A stretch of 63,994 bases of DNA, the filler included, from Octopus bimaculoides (Eukaryota): assembly GCF_001194135.2 (NCBI RefSeq). It is 8 parts of 8 records of this genome, joined end to end, with 100 filler letters (N's around TTAATTAATTAA, not from the genome) between each part and the next. Parts side by side here need not be neighbours in the genome. Positions count along the whole stretch, not along the records: positions 23,751 to 27,330 come from NC_068987.1; positions 27,431 to 32,521 come from NC_069006.1; positions 32,622 to 52,752 come from NC_068981.1; 5 more parts are not named here. One strand, written 5' to 3'. The notes below the pieces were generated by a model that was not told where the DNA came from, did no database searches, and saw nothing but the letters and a program-made list of their open reading frames with translations. Made by a program: the position numbers and the translations under genes. This document shows positions 25,100 through 36,480 of the stretch, in pieces (positions within the stretch are counted from its first letter, which is position 1; each line of letters opens with the position of its first letter).

Positions 25100-26030
25100 A
25101 GTTCAGAATTACAAAAAACAAAAAGCCAAAATCAAAACAAAATAACAACAAAAGAGCAACAAAATGAAAGCGTAAGAGAAACTACATCCATCATATTTGA
25201 AGTCATGATAAAAGCAGTAAAGCATATGCAATAACGAGAAGTGGCAATGTATTTTAATCATTCGGTGGCAAAAGCCTCGGAATTGAAACTTTGAACACTG
25301 GTTCAATTGTTCAGATATAAGGTTCAAGGCCGAAACAGGAAAACATTTTTTTTCCCGCTTAAGTATGCCGGAAATTTCATAGAATGACCGCAAGATCAAT
25401 GCATATATGGGTTTAATCTTTCTAAAATAGATCATTGAAATTCGAAAGAGGTAGAATCTATTCCTTGTGATTTTCATATATGTTTTAATAAACATGATAT
25501 TTTCCGACTATTTAAAGGAATTTTCGAGTAGATAAAGTTTCGTCTTGAGGATGATTTTTGCGGGTGAGGTAAAAGTTTTATACGTAGAACTATTACCGAT
25601 CTGAATCCTAGCTCCATAAACAACTTCTTTGATCGGAGAACTGCCATTAAGAGGGCAGTTACTAGGATTTTTACAATTACACTTAAGGCCGACTAGATTT
25701 ATCGAGAATTTACTCACATTATGTTGGTTAACAGACGAAGCAAAACTTTTACAGTTAGAATAAATAACTTTAGGGATTCTCCTGTGAAGTATTGAATTGA
25801 TTTTTATGAATATCCTCATGGATAAGTTTTCCAAGTCTTTATATATTTCGAAATTGAGCTTGGTACGTTTTCGGTTGATCGATGTCCGTTTTCTTGTTTT
25901 TGCCTTTTTTACACCTTTGACTAATAATACCATTAGATTACTATCCATCTAATTTCTCTGTCAGTTGCAAGATTTGTAATCACTTTCACCTTCGATCTTT
26001 ATTTGATGAAGATTCAGTTGTAACTGTAAG
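25100..26030 (-). mobile_element. Penelope-like element ORF relic (linker plus GIY-YIG region)
   Basis: KVIYSNCKSFASSVNQHN...CNCKNPSNCPLNG...VVYGARI...LKTKLYLLENSFK resembles the PLE CNC-x4-CPLxG-C...VVY...YIG...HxxSF pattern, degenerate. Confidence 0.65.
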
Positions 26031-26896
26031 TTTTTAAGCATCAGGCGTGGCACTGTGGTAAGTAGCTTACTTCCCAACCACATGGTTCCGGGTTCAGTCC
26101 CACTGCGTGGCACCTTGATCAAATGTCTTCTACTATAGCCTCGGACCGACAAAAGCCTTGTGAATGGATTTGGTAAACGGAAACTGAAAGAAACCCGTCG
26201 TATATGTATGTACATATCTATATGTATGCGTGTGTGTGTGTGTGCGTTTGTCCTCCCCATCACCGCTTGACAGCCGGCGTTGGTGTGTTTACGTCCCNNN
26301 NNNNNNNNNNNNNNNNNNNNNNNNNNNNNNNNNNNNNNNNNNNNNNNNNNNNNNNNNNNNNNNNNNNNNNNNNNNNNNNNNNNNNNNNNNNNNNNNNNNN
26401 NNNNNNNNNNNNNNNNNNNNNNNNNNNNNNNNNNNNNNNNNNNNNNNNNNNNNNNNNNNNNNNNNNNNNNNNNNNNNNNNNNNNNNNNNNNNNNNNNNNN
26501 NNNNNNNNNNNNNNNNNNNNNNNNNNNNNNNNNNNNNNNNNNNNNNNNNNNNNNNNNNNNNNNNNNNNNNNNNNNNNNNNNNNNNNNNNNNNNNNNNNNN
26601 NNNNNNNNNNNNNNNNNNNNNNNNNNNNNNNNNNNNNNNNNNNNNNNNNNNNNNNNNNNNNNNNNNNNNNNNNNNNNNNNNNNNNNNNNNNNNNNNNNNN
26701 NNNNNNNNNNNNNNNNNNNNNNNNNNNNNNNNNNNNNNNNNNNNNNNNNNNNNNNNNNNNNNNNNNNNNNNNNNNNNNNNNNNNNNNNNNNNNNNNNNNN
26801 NNNNNNNNNNNNNNNNNNNNNNNNNNNNNNNNNNNNNNNNNNNNNNNNNNNNNNNNNNNNNNNNNNNNNNNNNNNNNNNNNNNNNNNNNNNNNNNN

Positions 26897-26950
<54 letters not shown>

Positions 26951-27287
26951 TAAGCATAGGTGCACGCACAAACATGCATACCTGCATACACAGTCATATA
27001 TACAAATTAAACACACTCACACACACATGTATTTATGTGAAATCTATACTCATTATATAAGTGCGAGTTCATCCATTTATACACCCACTCATATGTTCAC
27101 GTAAACACCCACAAAGCCGCACATATTTACTGGGGGTTACATATAAACGAATCTCTAGAAATATCTTGAGATAAACAAAGAAGCCTTGGTATTCAGTGAC
27201 TGGCTCAAATTCTTCTAAGAAAATAAATAAATCTCAAAGAATACATACATTCATACAGACACATTCTCTCATACAAACAATCTCTCT

Positions 27288-27330
<43 letters not shown>

Positions 27331-27464
27331 NNNNNNNNNNNNNNNNNNNNNNNNNNNNNNNNNNNNNNNNNNNNTTAATTAATTAANNNNNNNNNNNNNN
27401 NNNNNNNNNNNNNNNNNNNNNNNNNNNNNNACTGCTGCTACTTCTTCTACTGCTGCTGCTGCTG

Positions 27465-27514
<50 letters not shown>

Positions 27515-27807
27515 GCCGCTGCTGCTGCATATATATATGAAGGAAAAAAAATGGAGATTGGGAAGTTAATAATTTATTAACAGCAAATTAATCATGTTCT
27601 TGCCAGTACCACCTGACTGGCCTTCGTGCGGGTGACACGTAAAAGCACCCACTACACTCTCTGAGTGGTTGGCGTTAGGAAGGGCATCCAGCTGTAGAAA
27701 CTCTGCCAAATCAGATTGGAGCCTAGTGTTTTCACCAGTCCTCAGTCAAATTGTCCAACCCATGCTAGCATGGAAGGCGGACGTTTAACGATGATGATGA
27801 TGATGAT

Positions 27808-28110
27808 GACTTACAGCTGTTTCAATTAATACTCGGTAAATATTAAATTTATATTTATATGACCTGAACATAATATCTTCAAAGGGGGAAAAAATATACC
27901 CTTGGATGTTTTATATGTGTTTATGGATTTGTTATAGCAGACTGAATGTATTAACTTCCTAATCTCCATTTTCTTTTTCTTTGTTTATATGAATATAAAC
28001 TATACGTTTATATATACCTATTATTTTAAGAAAATTAATTCCCCCAAAATACTAGGTATTGAACCAGTTTTTCCTTGGATGAAACCATCCCTTCATGAGG
28101 TTAACACAAC
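27808..28110 (-). mobile_element. Penelope-like repeat with hammerhead-like remnant (opposite-strand copy 63725-63965)
   Basis: Shared blocks cccccaaaatact...ccttggatgaaaccatcccttcatga and cttacagctgtttc. Confidence 0.55.
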
Positions 28111-28204
28111 CTCTAATTAAATATTTATATAAGTATTGAGTCACATTGTTCTTATGATTATATTTGAATCTGTTTCAGGTGACCCATGTATTTTATCCTG
28201 CCAG

Positions 28205-28268
28205 GTGGAGCTGAATGAAGCTGTCAGACTTCACGAACTCAACAAGGACTCAGAACTTACCATACATG
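28205..28268 (+). CDS. Possible internal exon ([22 protein letters not shown])
   Basis: tattttatcctgccag| acceptor and G|gtaagc donor; only the phase-0 frame is open; no homologue recognised. Confidence 0.2.
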
Positions 28269-28612
28269 GTAAGCACTTTTTGTTCTGTCGTGTCTGGGGA
28301 GAGTCATTCTCATTTAGTGCTTTATTGCTTAACACACTCACTGGTTTGATTTCCACTCCTATACTTTTTTTTCCTTTTCTAAAATTTTGGTTGCGTCTTG
28401 CAACCTTTTCAATAGTCGTTGACTCTGTCTGTTATCAGCTCTGATAGCAGAGTCAATGACTATTGAAGAGGTGGCAAGACAAAATGAAAAAAAGCTTTAG
28501 AAAAAATAAATAAGTAAATGAGTGGAAATCGAACCCGTGAATGTGTTAAATAATAAGACACTAAAAGAGAATGACCCTCCTTAGACACAATAAAATATCC
28601 TTAACACATGAA
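28262..28612. repeat. About 350 bp palindrome centred on 28439-28440 with a near-perfect core of about 40 bp
   Basis: Successive reverse-complement blocks read outward from the centre (gtcttgc/gcaagac, ttttctaaa/tttagaaaa, gatttccactc/gagtggaaatc, gtcattctc/gagaatgac, gtgtct/agacac). Confidence 0.85.
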
Positions 28613-28768
28613 CTCACATAAAGAACTTTGCAAGCCAAATACAAAAATGAAACTTTTTGTTCTATCCACCTATTTAAGTTCGATGAGGGAAAGAAAATGG
28701 AAGGGGTCATGCAGAAGGGTTGGGCCCAACTGATCCCTTGTATAATTAAAGCATATCATTTTATCTTA

Positions 28769-29750
28769 TTAACTCTTAAAATTCTGTTGAAAATTTTCCA
28801 AATCAAAAGCCCAGCCTTTTCTAGCAGAAAACAAATAAATGATAGAGGAAAGGATTAAATTTTTGTCTTTTACATTAGACACTTCCTCACTTCCTTCAAA
28901 ATGAATGAAACCTGGTTGGAATGACTCTTGTGATACCATGCATTTCAGTACTGTTTGACAGTGCTGTCAAAAGCCCAGTACTCTAATGATTTTGTAACCA
29001 AACAGAAATGATCGATAGAGGAAGGAATTAGTTTTCTACCTTATGTTTAGAGAGTTCCTCACTATTTGAAAAATTAATGTAACCAATGTTAGTATGATTT
29101 TGTGATATTATGCATTTCAGAACTGGTTGACTGATTCAATCTTGTGCAGTACTGTGTCTTACAGGAAGTTAAGGATCTAGTCTTTTACAACATACTGTGT
29201 AGTTATCTGTTATGTCCTGCTGCTACATATCAGTGGCTGTGTGAGCTATGAATCCTCGTTGCCACTGTTATGTCCCGCATTATGACGACGTATTTTGTCG
29301 TCTGTGCAGGACTGGCCCAAACAGCATACCTTACTGATTGACATTACTTACAGTGTCAGTCCACTGTTTATTAGAAGTGGACCAGCCTACTTCCCACCTG
29401 GGGGTGTCTGCCACAACATTATCGATAACAACACAACCTTGACAGCTCACATCAAACATTTACTGTCTCCATAAAGGGATTCCTCGTCAGAACATTTTTC
29501 GAAGTGGATAACCTTGTAATTTTTAATAACCTAAATTCACAGTCACTACATTTATTAACTCTTAATATCCTGTTGAATATTTTCCAAGTCAGAAACCCAG
29601 TCCTGTTGTGATTCTATTACAAAACAGAAATGAATGATAGATGAATAGAACAGGGTTACCTCCCTTACAGGAGGGAGTTCATCACTTTTTTAAATGAATG
29701 TGCACAAGGTTAATAGAATTTTTGTTATTTCCTGTGTTTCAGGACTGACC
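28769..29750 (+). repeat. Three diverged copies of a unit of about 190 bp (28769-28953, 28960-29130, 29555-29750)
   Basis: Shared blocks ttaactcttaa..ctgttgaa.attttccaa, aaatga..gatag, gttc.tcact, tttcag.actg. Confidence 0.6.
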
Positions 29751-31599
29751 AGCTGCTGCAATACTGTGCAGGAAGATAAAGAGTTAATTAATTATCATTG
29801 TCATTTTTTTAATCAATTCCACTTGTATCATGGGAGTGGAATGGTAGAACCGATAGAACATCATTCAAAATATCTTGGTGCATTCTGATTGCTTTGTACT
29901 TTGAATTCAAATCTTATCGAGATAAACTTAGTTCGTTCATCCTGTTGATAAAAAATAGAAATTTAATTGGTTGTACTCTCTTTCCAAAAATGTGAGGCAT
30001 TATACTAATGTCAAAACAATCGTTATTTCCTTTTATGGACAGACCACAGTGGTTTAATGGAATGACAATTGTCTCTGGATCAAACACACACACACACACA
30101 CATAGATGTTATGTATATTTATGCATATTATATATTATAATGTGTATATTATATAATCATATATGTATATAGGTGCAGACGTGGGTATAGTAGAAGACAC
30201 TTGCCCAAGGTGCCATGCAGTAGGACTGAACCCAGAACCATGTGGTTGGGAAGCAAATTTCCATCCATCCATCCATCCATCCATCAAGCTTTATAATTTT
30301 TATGNNNNNNNNNNCATGTGGTTGGGAAGCAAATTTCCATCCATCCATCCATCCATCCATCAAGCTTTATAATTTTTATGCATAAAGGTGGTGCTCCAGT
30401 ATGGCCACAGTCAAATGACTGAAACAAGTAACAGAATATACAACCTTGTATCCATTAGTAACTTCTTGTGGTAACAACATCTGGATTTCCCTGGCTCTCA
30501 AGCTGCTTGCTTTATTTTCCAATTTAGTTGAAGTGAAACCCAACAGTTTTCTACTAAACGATACATTTAGCATTAAAATACATTAGACATGTAGAATTAT
30601 CTGTCTTCTGGTCAGATAATTATACAACGATTTGAACAGAGGAACTGTTTCACACCTCATTTCATTTATTAACAATTGGGTTTATCTTTGAACAAATTAG
30701 TTTACATTAATGACTCTCATTGGCTTTGTTGTTGTTGTTGCTGATATTGTTACTGTGGTTATTTTGTCCCAGTACTAAGTTCAAATCCTGCTTTGCTCAA
30801 CTTTATCTTCCATAACCCCCCTCAACCCCCACTCCACCTTTCTGGGGTGAGTAAAACCAAAAAATATATACCAGTCATACACTGAGGTTCATCCTTTCAG
30901 CTGTACTCCCCCCCACCCAACTCCTTATGAATGATTGACCTTCAACTGTGTCAGGTTGTTATCAATGTGATGGTCATGGTTGGGACTATGAAACCTCAAT
31001 AAATGCTTTATAAATGTATATCTTATTTGATTTGATACCTTATGATTTTGTGTTCAAACCCAGCTGGAGTGGACTTGGTCCACTGTTCCTTTTGCTTTCT
31101 TAATCTAGATACTTGTAATATTTTGGAGGAGAGAATATGGGTTGCTGAGCCAGTGAGGGGCTCAAAGCAACCAACAGAAAGGGTTTGTGCGTTTTGTCCC
31201 TTGTGACCTGATGTCATGTGCCTGGGGTTCATATACACTATACTTACTGACCCAGTCTTCCTAATCGTAAGGCGTTCTATCATCACCATCAGTTAATGTC
31301 CAGCTGGGTTGGACAGGATTCGATGAGCCCAAGGACTGTATAATGCTCCAGCGTCTGTTTTGGCATGCTTTCTATGGCTGGATACCCTTCCTGACACCAA
31401 TCACCCTATAGAGTGTACAGGGTATTTTGTTTGTACCATCAGCAGTAATGGGGCCACCTTGCAGTTTGCAACAATCTTTCATTATTTATTCACTTTTAAC
31501 TAATTTTAGTTCGTTATTCTTATTACTAGTGTTTCTTCATCCCTCAGTGACTTTTTCACTGAAAGACCAGTTATTAATTTGGTTTAAAAGCCTGATAAA

Positions 31600-31985
31600 C
31601 AACAGCCTGGGCACTTACCAAAACACTGGAATCTAAGCAAGATGGAGCTTACACCCAAATGTTAAGAGCAGTCTTAAACATATCTTGGAGAATCATCTGA
31701 CCAAGAAACAGCTGAATGGAGATCTGCTGCTTGCTTCCAATATTATAAGGGAAAGACACACTTTGAAGGACATTGCTGGAGAGCTATAGAAGCGGTAGCA
31801 AGTGACCTACTGCTATGGACATGAAAGCATGGCTGTACTCAAGCTGGTCATCCAAACACAACCTATGTAGATCGACTCCTATCAGAGACACTGGATGCCT
31901 CCCTGAAGACCTCTCTCAACTAATGCGGGACTGAGGGGGCTGGCACATGTGGGTTGAAATGTCCGAGCAAACTTGACCAGATGTT
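31600..31985 (+). mobile_element. RTE-X-like LINE 3' coding fragment
   Basis: AWALTKTLESK-DGAYTQMLRAVLNISW...GHCWRA...ASDLLLW...TTYVDRL remnants. Confidence 0.75.
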
Positions 31986-32140
31986 GAATGTACAGTACTT
32001 GATATGCAGACTTTCTAGTCCCGTTTCTGATTAGACACACATCATTATCATCACCATCGTTTGTCGTCTATTTTCCATGCTGACATGGGTTGGACGAATC
32101 CACAGGAACTGCTAAGTTTGAAGACTGCACCTTTTATCTA

Positions 32141-32362
32141 CAGGGTGATTCAAAAGTCGCCATGCATAAGTACAATTTATTTTTTTTTATAAGAAACATC
32201 ATCATCGTCGTTTAATGTCCACTTTCCATGCTGGCATGGGTTGGACGGTTTGACTGAGGACTGGTGAGCCAGAAGGCTGCACAAGGCTCAATCTGATCTG
32301 GCAAACTCTTTCTTATAAAAAAATGAATGTTTCCTATGTATGGTGGCTTTTGAATCACCCTG
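32141..32362. mobile_element. Tc1/mariner-type MITE (TA-CAGGGTG...CACCCTG-TA) with an RTE tail (32197-32304, -) in its centre
   Basis: About 55 bp inverted arms; TA on both sides. Confidence 0.85.
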
Positions 32363-32366
32363 TATA

Positions 32367-32416
<50 letters not shown>

Positions 32417-32417
32417 G

Positions 32418-32467
<50 letters not shown>

Positions 32468-32939
32468 AATGATAATGATAATAATGATAATGATAATAAT
32501 AATAATGATAATAATAATGATNNNNNNNNNNNNNNNNNNNNNNNNNNNNNNNNNNNNNNNNNNNNTTAATTAATTAANNNNNNNNNNNNNNNNNNNNNNN
32601 NNNNNNNNNNNNNNNNNNNNNATATATATATATATATAAAAGAAGTAGCTGATAAAGAGAGAAAAAAATAGCTTTAAGAGGAAATACACGGTGAATGTAG
32701 GTCAGAGAAAATTTCACTTTCATTTTTGTCAATGGCCTCAGTGAAACTTGGTTTTCCCCAGTGGTTGCCACTGATGAGGCATGTTTCCCCCACCCACAAA
32801 CCTTCTGTGGGTACACACACAGTCTTACCTACTCAAATATGCACCCTATCTCCAGATTTGTTTTCTCATAACATTCAGAGAAATGGATATTTTAAGAATG
32901 TTTCTACAAATACGCTACAGATGAAGTAGTTTACAATTA

Positions 32940-33010
32940 CAGCGTACCCCCGCATATTCGCGGAACTAATAATTGTTCGCGGAAATCACTGCATATTCGT
33001 GGAATCGTAA
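32940..33010 (+). mobile_element. Tigger/pogo-like transposon end
   Basis: ta|CAGCGTACCCCCGCATATTCGCGG with an internal repeat gcatattcg(c/t)gg; partner TIR not found. Confidence 0.4.
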
Positions 33011-33722
33011 ATAGCCTCCGCCTTATCTTTTAAGGCTATTTTCGTGGCAATATATACTTTTCCAGGCTACATTATTAATAATAATATACCGTATTTATTG
33101 GACACCCCTTCGCAGCTGAAAGTCTCTCTGATTCGAATAGTTGCGCTTCACGTCGCTTGACTTTTTTTTAGATACAAGTAAACTGTATCTAATATCAATT
33201 ATTCCTGCTTTCAATCAAAGCTTGCTAATTAATATAGCGACTTCTATCTATATTTCACAGACACACACTCTCTCTCACTGTATTTGTCTCTCAGTAGCAA
33301 CAACTTCTCATTGTAGTAAAAGCATACATATATTTTTACACACATACATACACACACGTGTATATATATATATCTATATATATATCTTAATAATACTAAA
33401 ACTCTAGAGATGTTTGTTTTACCCGAAATATCAGAAATGGTATAATCTATCTCAATTTTTTTTTGCATATTAATTATCATACCTACCTTCAGAAGCGCAG
33501 TACACATTTTTGTAACCTTTGGACTTCTATTTATTGATAAAAAAGAGTAAACAATTTTTGTTTGGGAAAGACTTCCGCCCGCCCCACCACCATTTTCTCC
33601 CAAATTTGTTTTGCCAAAAGCCCCCCGTTTTCGGATACGGAGGTTTAAAGAAAATTGCCAAAAATCGGCATTGTTAAATCCACCCCCCCGAATTCTTCAA
33701 TTTTGATTTTTTTTCACCAACA

Positions 33723-33759
33723 CTAACCCTAACCCTAAAACCCTAACCGTAACCGTAAC
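33723..33759. repeat. Short telomere-like (CTAACC)n tract
   Basis: ctaaccctaaccctaaaaccctaaccgtaaccgtaac; shorter tracts at 3739-3753 and about 50914-50927. Confidence 0.7.
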
Positions 33760-35171
33760 TATAGAAATGTTTTGAAATTTTTGTCCGAATCATAATTAGA
33801 AAAAAAAAAAAAATTCTTAAAAAAAATTTTTCCCGCATATTTTGAANNNNNNNNNNNNNNNNNNNNNNNNNNNNNNNNNNNNNNNNNNNNNNNNNNNNNN
33901 NNNNNNNNNNNNNNNNNNNNNNNNNNNNNNNNNNNNNNNNNNNNNNNNNNNNNNNNNNNNNNNNNNNNNNNNNNNNNNNNNNNNNNNNNNNNNNNNNNNN
34001 NNNNNNNNNNNNNNNNNNNNNNNNNNNNNNNNNNNNNNNNNNNNNNNNNNNNNNNNNNNNNNNNNNNNNNNNNNNNNNNNNNNNNNNNNNNNNNNNNNNN
34101 NNNNNNNNNNNNNNNNNNNNNNNNNNNNNNNNNNNNNNAAAAAAAAAACATGGCTTCCGTGACGTCAACACACATACATGAACGCCATGGCATGCCAACA
34201 CAAACACATGCCCGCTATCTGTGACATATACACACACATAGTCTTTGTATTCACTTAGGAAAAAAAACGTCAACTTCTTGGTGTATACAATATTGTCATC
34301 ATTTTGTAATATTTTTTAACTGAATGTGATTTCAAAAATGTAAGTTGCTTGTACAATAAGTATTTATATTTTAGCTTTCTTTAAACAGACAATATTTTAA
34401 TGTTTTTTAAAATTATTTTTACGTCGTTAATAACCATAAATTTTTTTAAAATTTACTTTTCTTTTAAAATGAAAGAGAGGAGAAACTGAAAGATGTATGT
34501 ATGTATATATGAAATGGACGTGTGTGTGTGTGAGAGAGAGAAAATAAAGTGAATGAAGGGGCGTGTTGTCATGTATACGTACATACATCAATACATATGC
34601 ATACATCTTTTTTGTATGTACATAGGCATGTGTATGTGTGAGTGAACGTGTGTTCTCATGTATGTGTAAGTGGCTCTCTCTCTCACACTCACACAGGTCC
34701 ATTTTATGTACACGTTCATACATCTCCTCTCTTTCACTTTAAAACAAAAACAAATAAATAAAATTTATGGAAATTAATGAACAAAACCAGCTGATGTGGA
34801 TGACAGTTCTGAGAGTCACAGCGAAAAATCGCCCCAAGGGAATACCATTACAAAAATTTTCTCGAGTGCATTCAACATTTCTCAGTGCCAAAAATTTGGC
34901 TGCTATCACATAACAGCTAATTGCAATAAAGGACCCGAAATACCTGTTATGTGGTAGGAGGGCGTACAAGAAACAGCAGCCAAATATTTCTTTTCTGGGG
35001 AAAGGAGCCGTTTACGTATGATTTTGATGTCACATTCATTGAAAGCATGCAAAATAACAAGGAAAAGAGAAAAACTCAAAAAAACAAAACTCCGTTTCTT
35101 GGAAACCCAGACTTTCCAGGTGATCCAATGGGTCAGAGGTAGTCTGGTGTGTATACACATACACACATATG

Positions 35172-35862
35172 CACGACCTTCGAACATTAGGCCTCACCAA
35201 GGCAATGACTAGTGACCGAGACCTTTGGAAATATGCTGTGCTTGAGAAGACCCGGCAACCCAAGTGAGACCATAACCCGTGGCCTATGCCAGTGGTCTAA
35301 CCAGTCCACTTATGTATACCTTTCTTTCATTGGACACTAAACTCTGCTTGCGAAGACCTGTTGAGGCAAGTGAAATCGAAATCAAATTCGCTGACAGCAC
35401 TGAATGACTAGCATCCGTGCTAGTGGAACGCTAAGAGCACCATCCAAGCATGATCATTGCCAGGGCTGCTGACAGGCTCCATGCTGGTGGCATGTAAAAA
35501 GCACCATTCGAGCATGACCGTTACCATTGTCGCCTTACTGGCACTTGTGCCGGTGGAACATGAACAACAACATTCAAGTGAGGTCATTGCCAGTTCCGCT
35601 GGACTGGCTCCTGTGCAGGTGGTATTTAAAAAACAACATTTGAGTGTGGCTGTTGCCAGTACTGCCAGACTGGCCCTCATGCTGGTGGCACGTAAAGGCA
35701 CCCACTACACTCTCGGAGTGGTTGGCGTTAGGAAGGGCTTCCAGCTGTAGAAACTCTGCCAGATCAGAATGGAACCTGGTGCAGCCATCTGGTTCGCCAG
35801 TCGTCAGTCAAACCATTCAATCCATGCCAGCATGGAAAGCGGACGTTAACGATAATGAATGA
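35172..35862 (+). mobile_element. 3' end of RTE LINE: ORF2 C-terminus plus about 600 bp 3' UTR with GAT-type tail
   Basis: HDLRTLGLTKAMTSDRDLWKYAVLEKTRQPK* (stop 35265-35267), continuing into the window's commonest repeat, which ends ...catggaaagcggacgttaa(c)gat. Confidence 0.8.
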
Positions 35863-36244
35863 TATATGTATATATATCATCATCATCATTCAACGTCCCA
35901 GGAGAGAGAGGGGGGAGGAGGGAGGGGAAATTGCAGGTACGACAGAGGATACGAGCAGTGGGGGAGGGGGTTTCCAGTGAGAGAAGAGAGATATCCGGTA
36001 TTGGTGGGGACAGGAATGGGCAGGTGCCCCGCAAACAAGCAATGGTTAGTTAAGAGATTGTCTGAAAAAATATGTGGCCAACTTGGGAAGACAGGAGGAA
36101 AAGAGAAGAAAGGTTGAGAGAGATTAGGAAGTTATATATTCAAGAGTCAATTTAAATAATTAGTTGATGAAAGTACATATTAGTAACAATGCATATAAAT
36201 GAATACATGGGTGTGTGTGTATGTGCACATATATTTGTTCATAT

Positions 36245-36480
36245 GTGTTATTTCTTTACTACCCACAAGGGGCTACACACAGAGGGGACAAACAAAGACA
36301 GACAAACGGATTAAGTCGATTATATCGACCCCAGTGCGTAACTGGTACTTATTTAATCGACCCTGAAAGGATGAAAGGTAAAGTCGACCTCGGCAGAATT
36401 TGAACTCAGAACGTAGCAGCAGATGAAATACCACTAAGCATTTTGCCTGGCGTGCTACCGATTCTGCCAGCTCGCCGCCT
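36245..36480 (-). mobile_element. tRNA-headed SINE (family D)
   Basis: aaggcggcgagctggcaga...ctgagttcaaattctgccgaggtcgacttt...ggggtcgatataatcgac; other copies at about 995(+), 39530(-), 57161-57654(+). Confidence 0.85.

Noticed and set aside
29743-29782. Possible + exon GLTSCCNTVQEDK
   Set aside because: The acceptor is part of a triplicated unit, the donor is weak and no homology is recognisable
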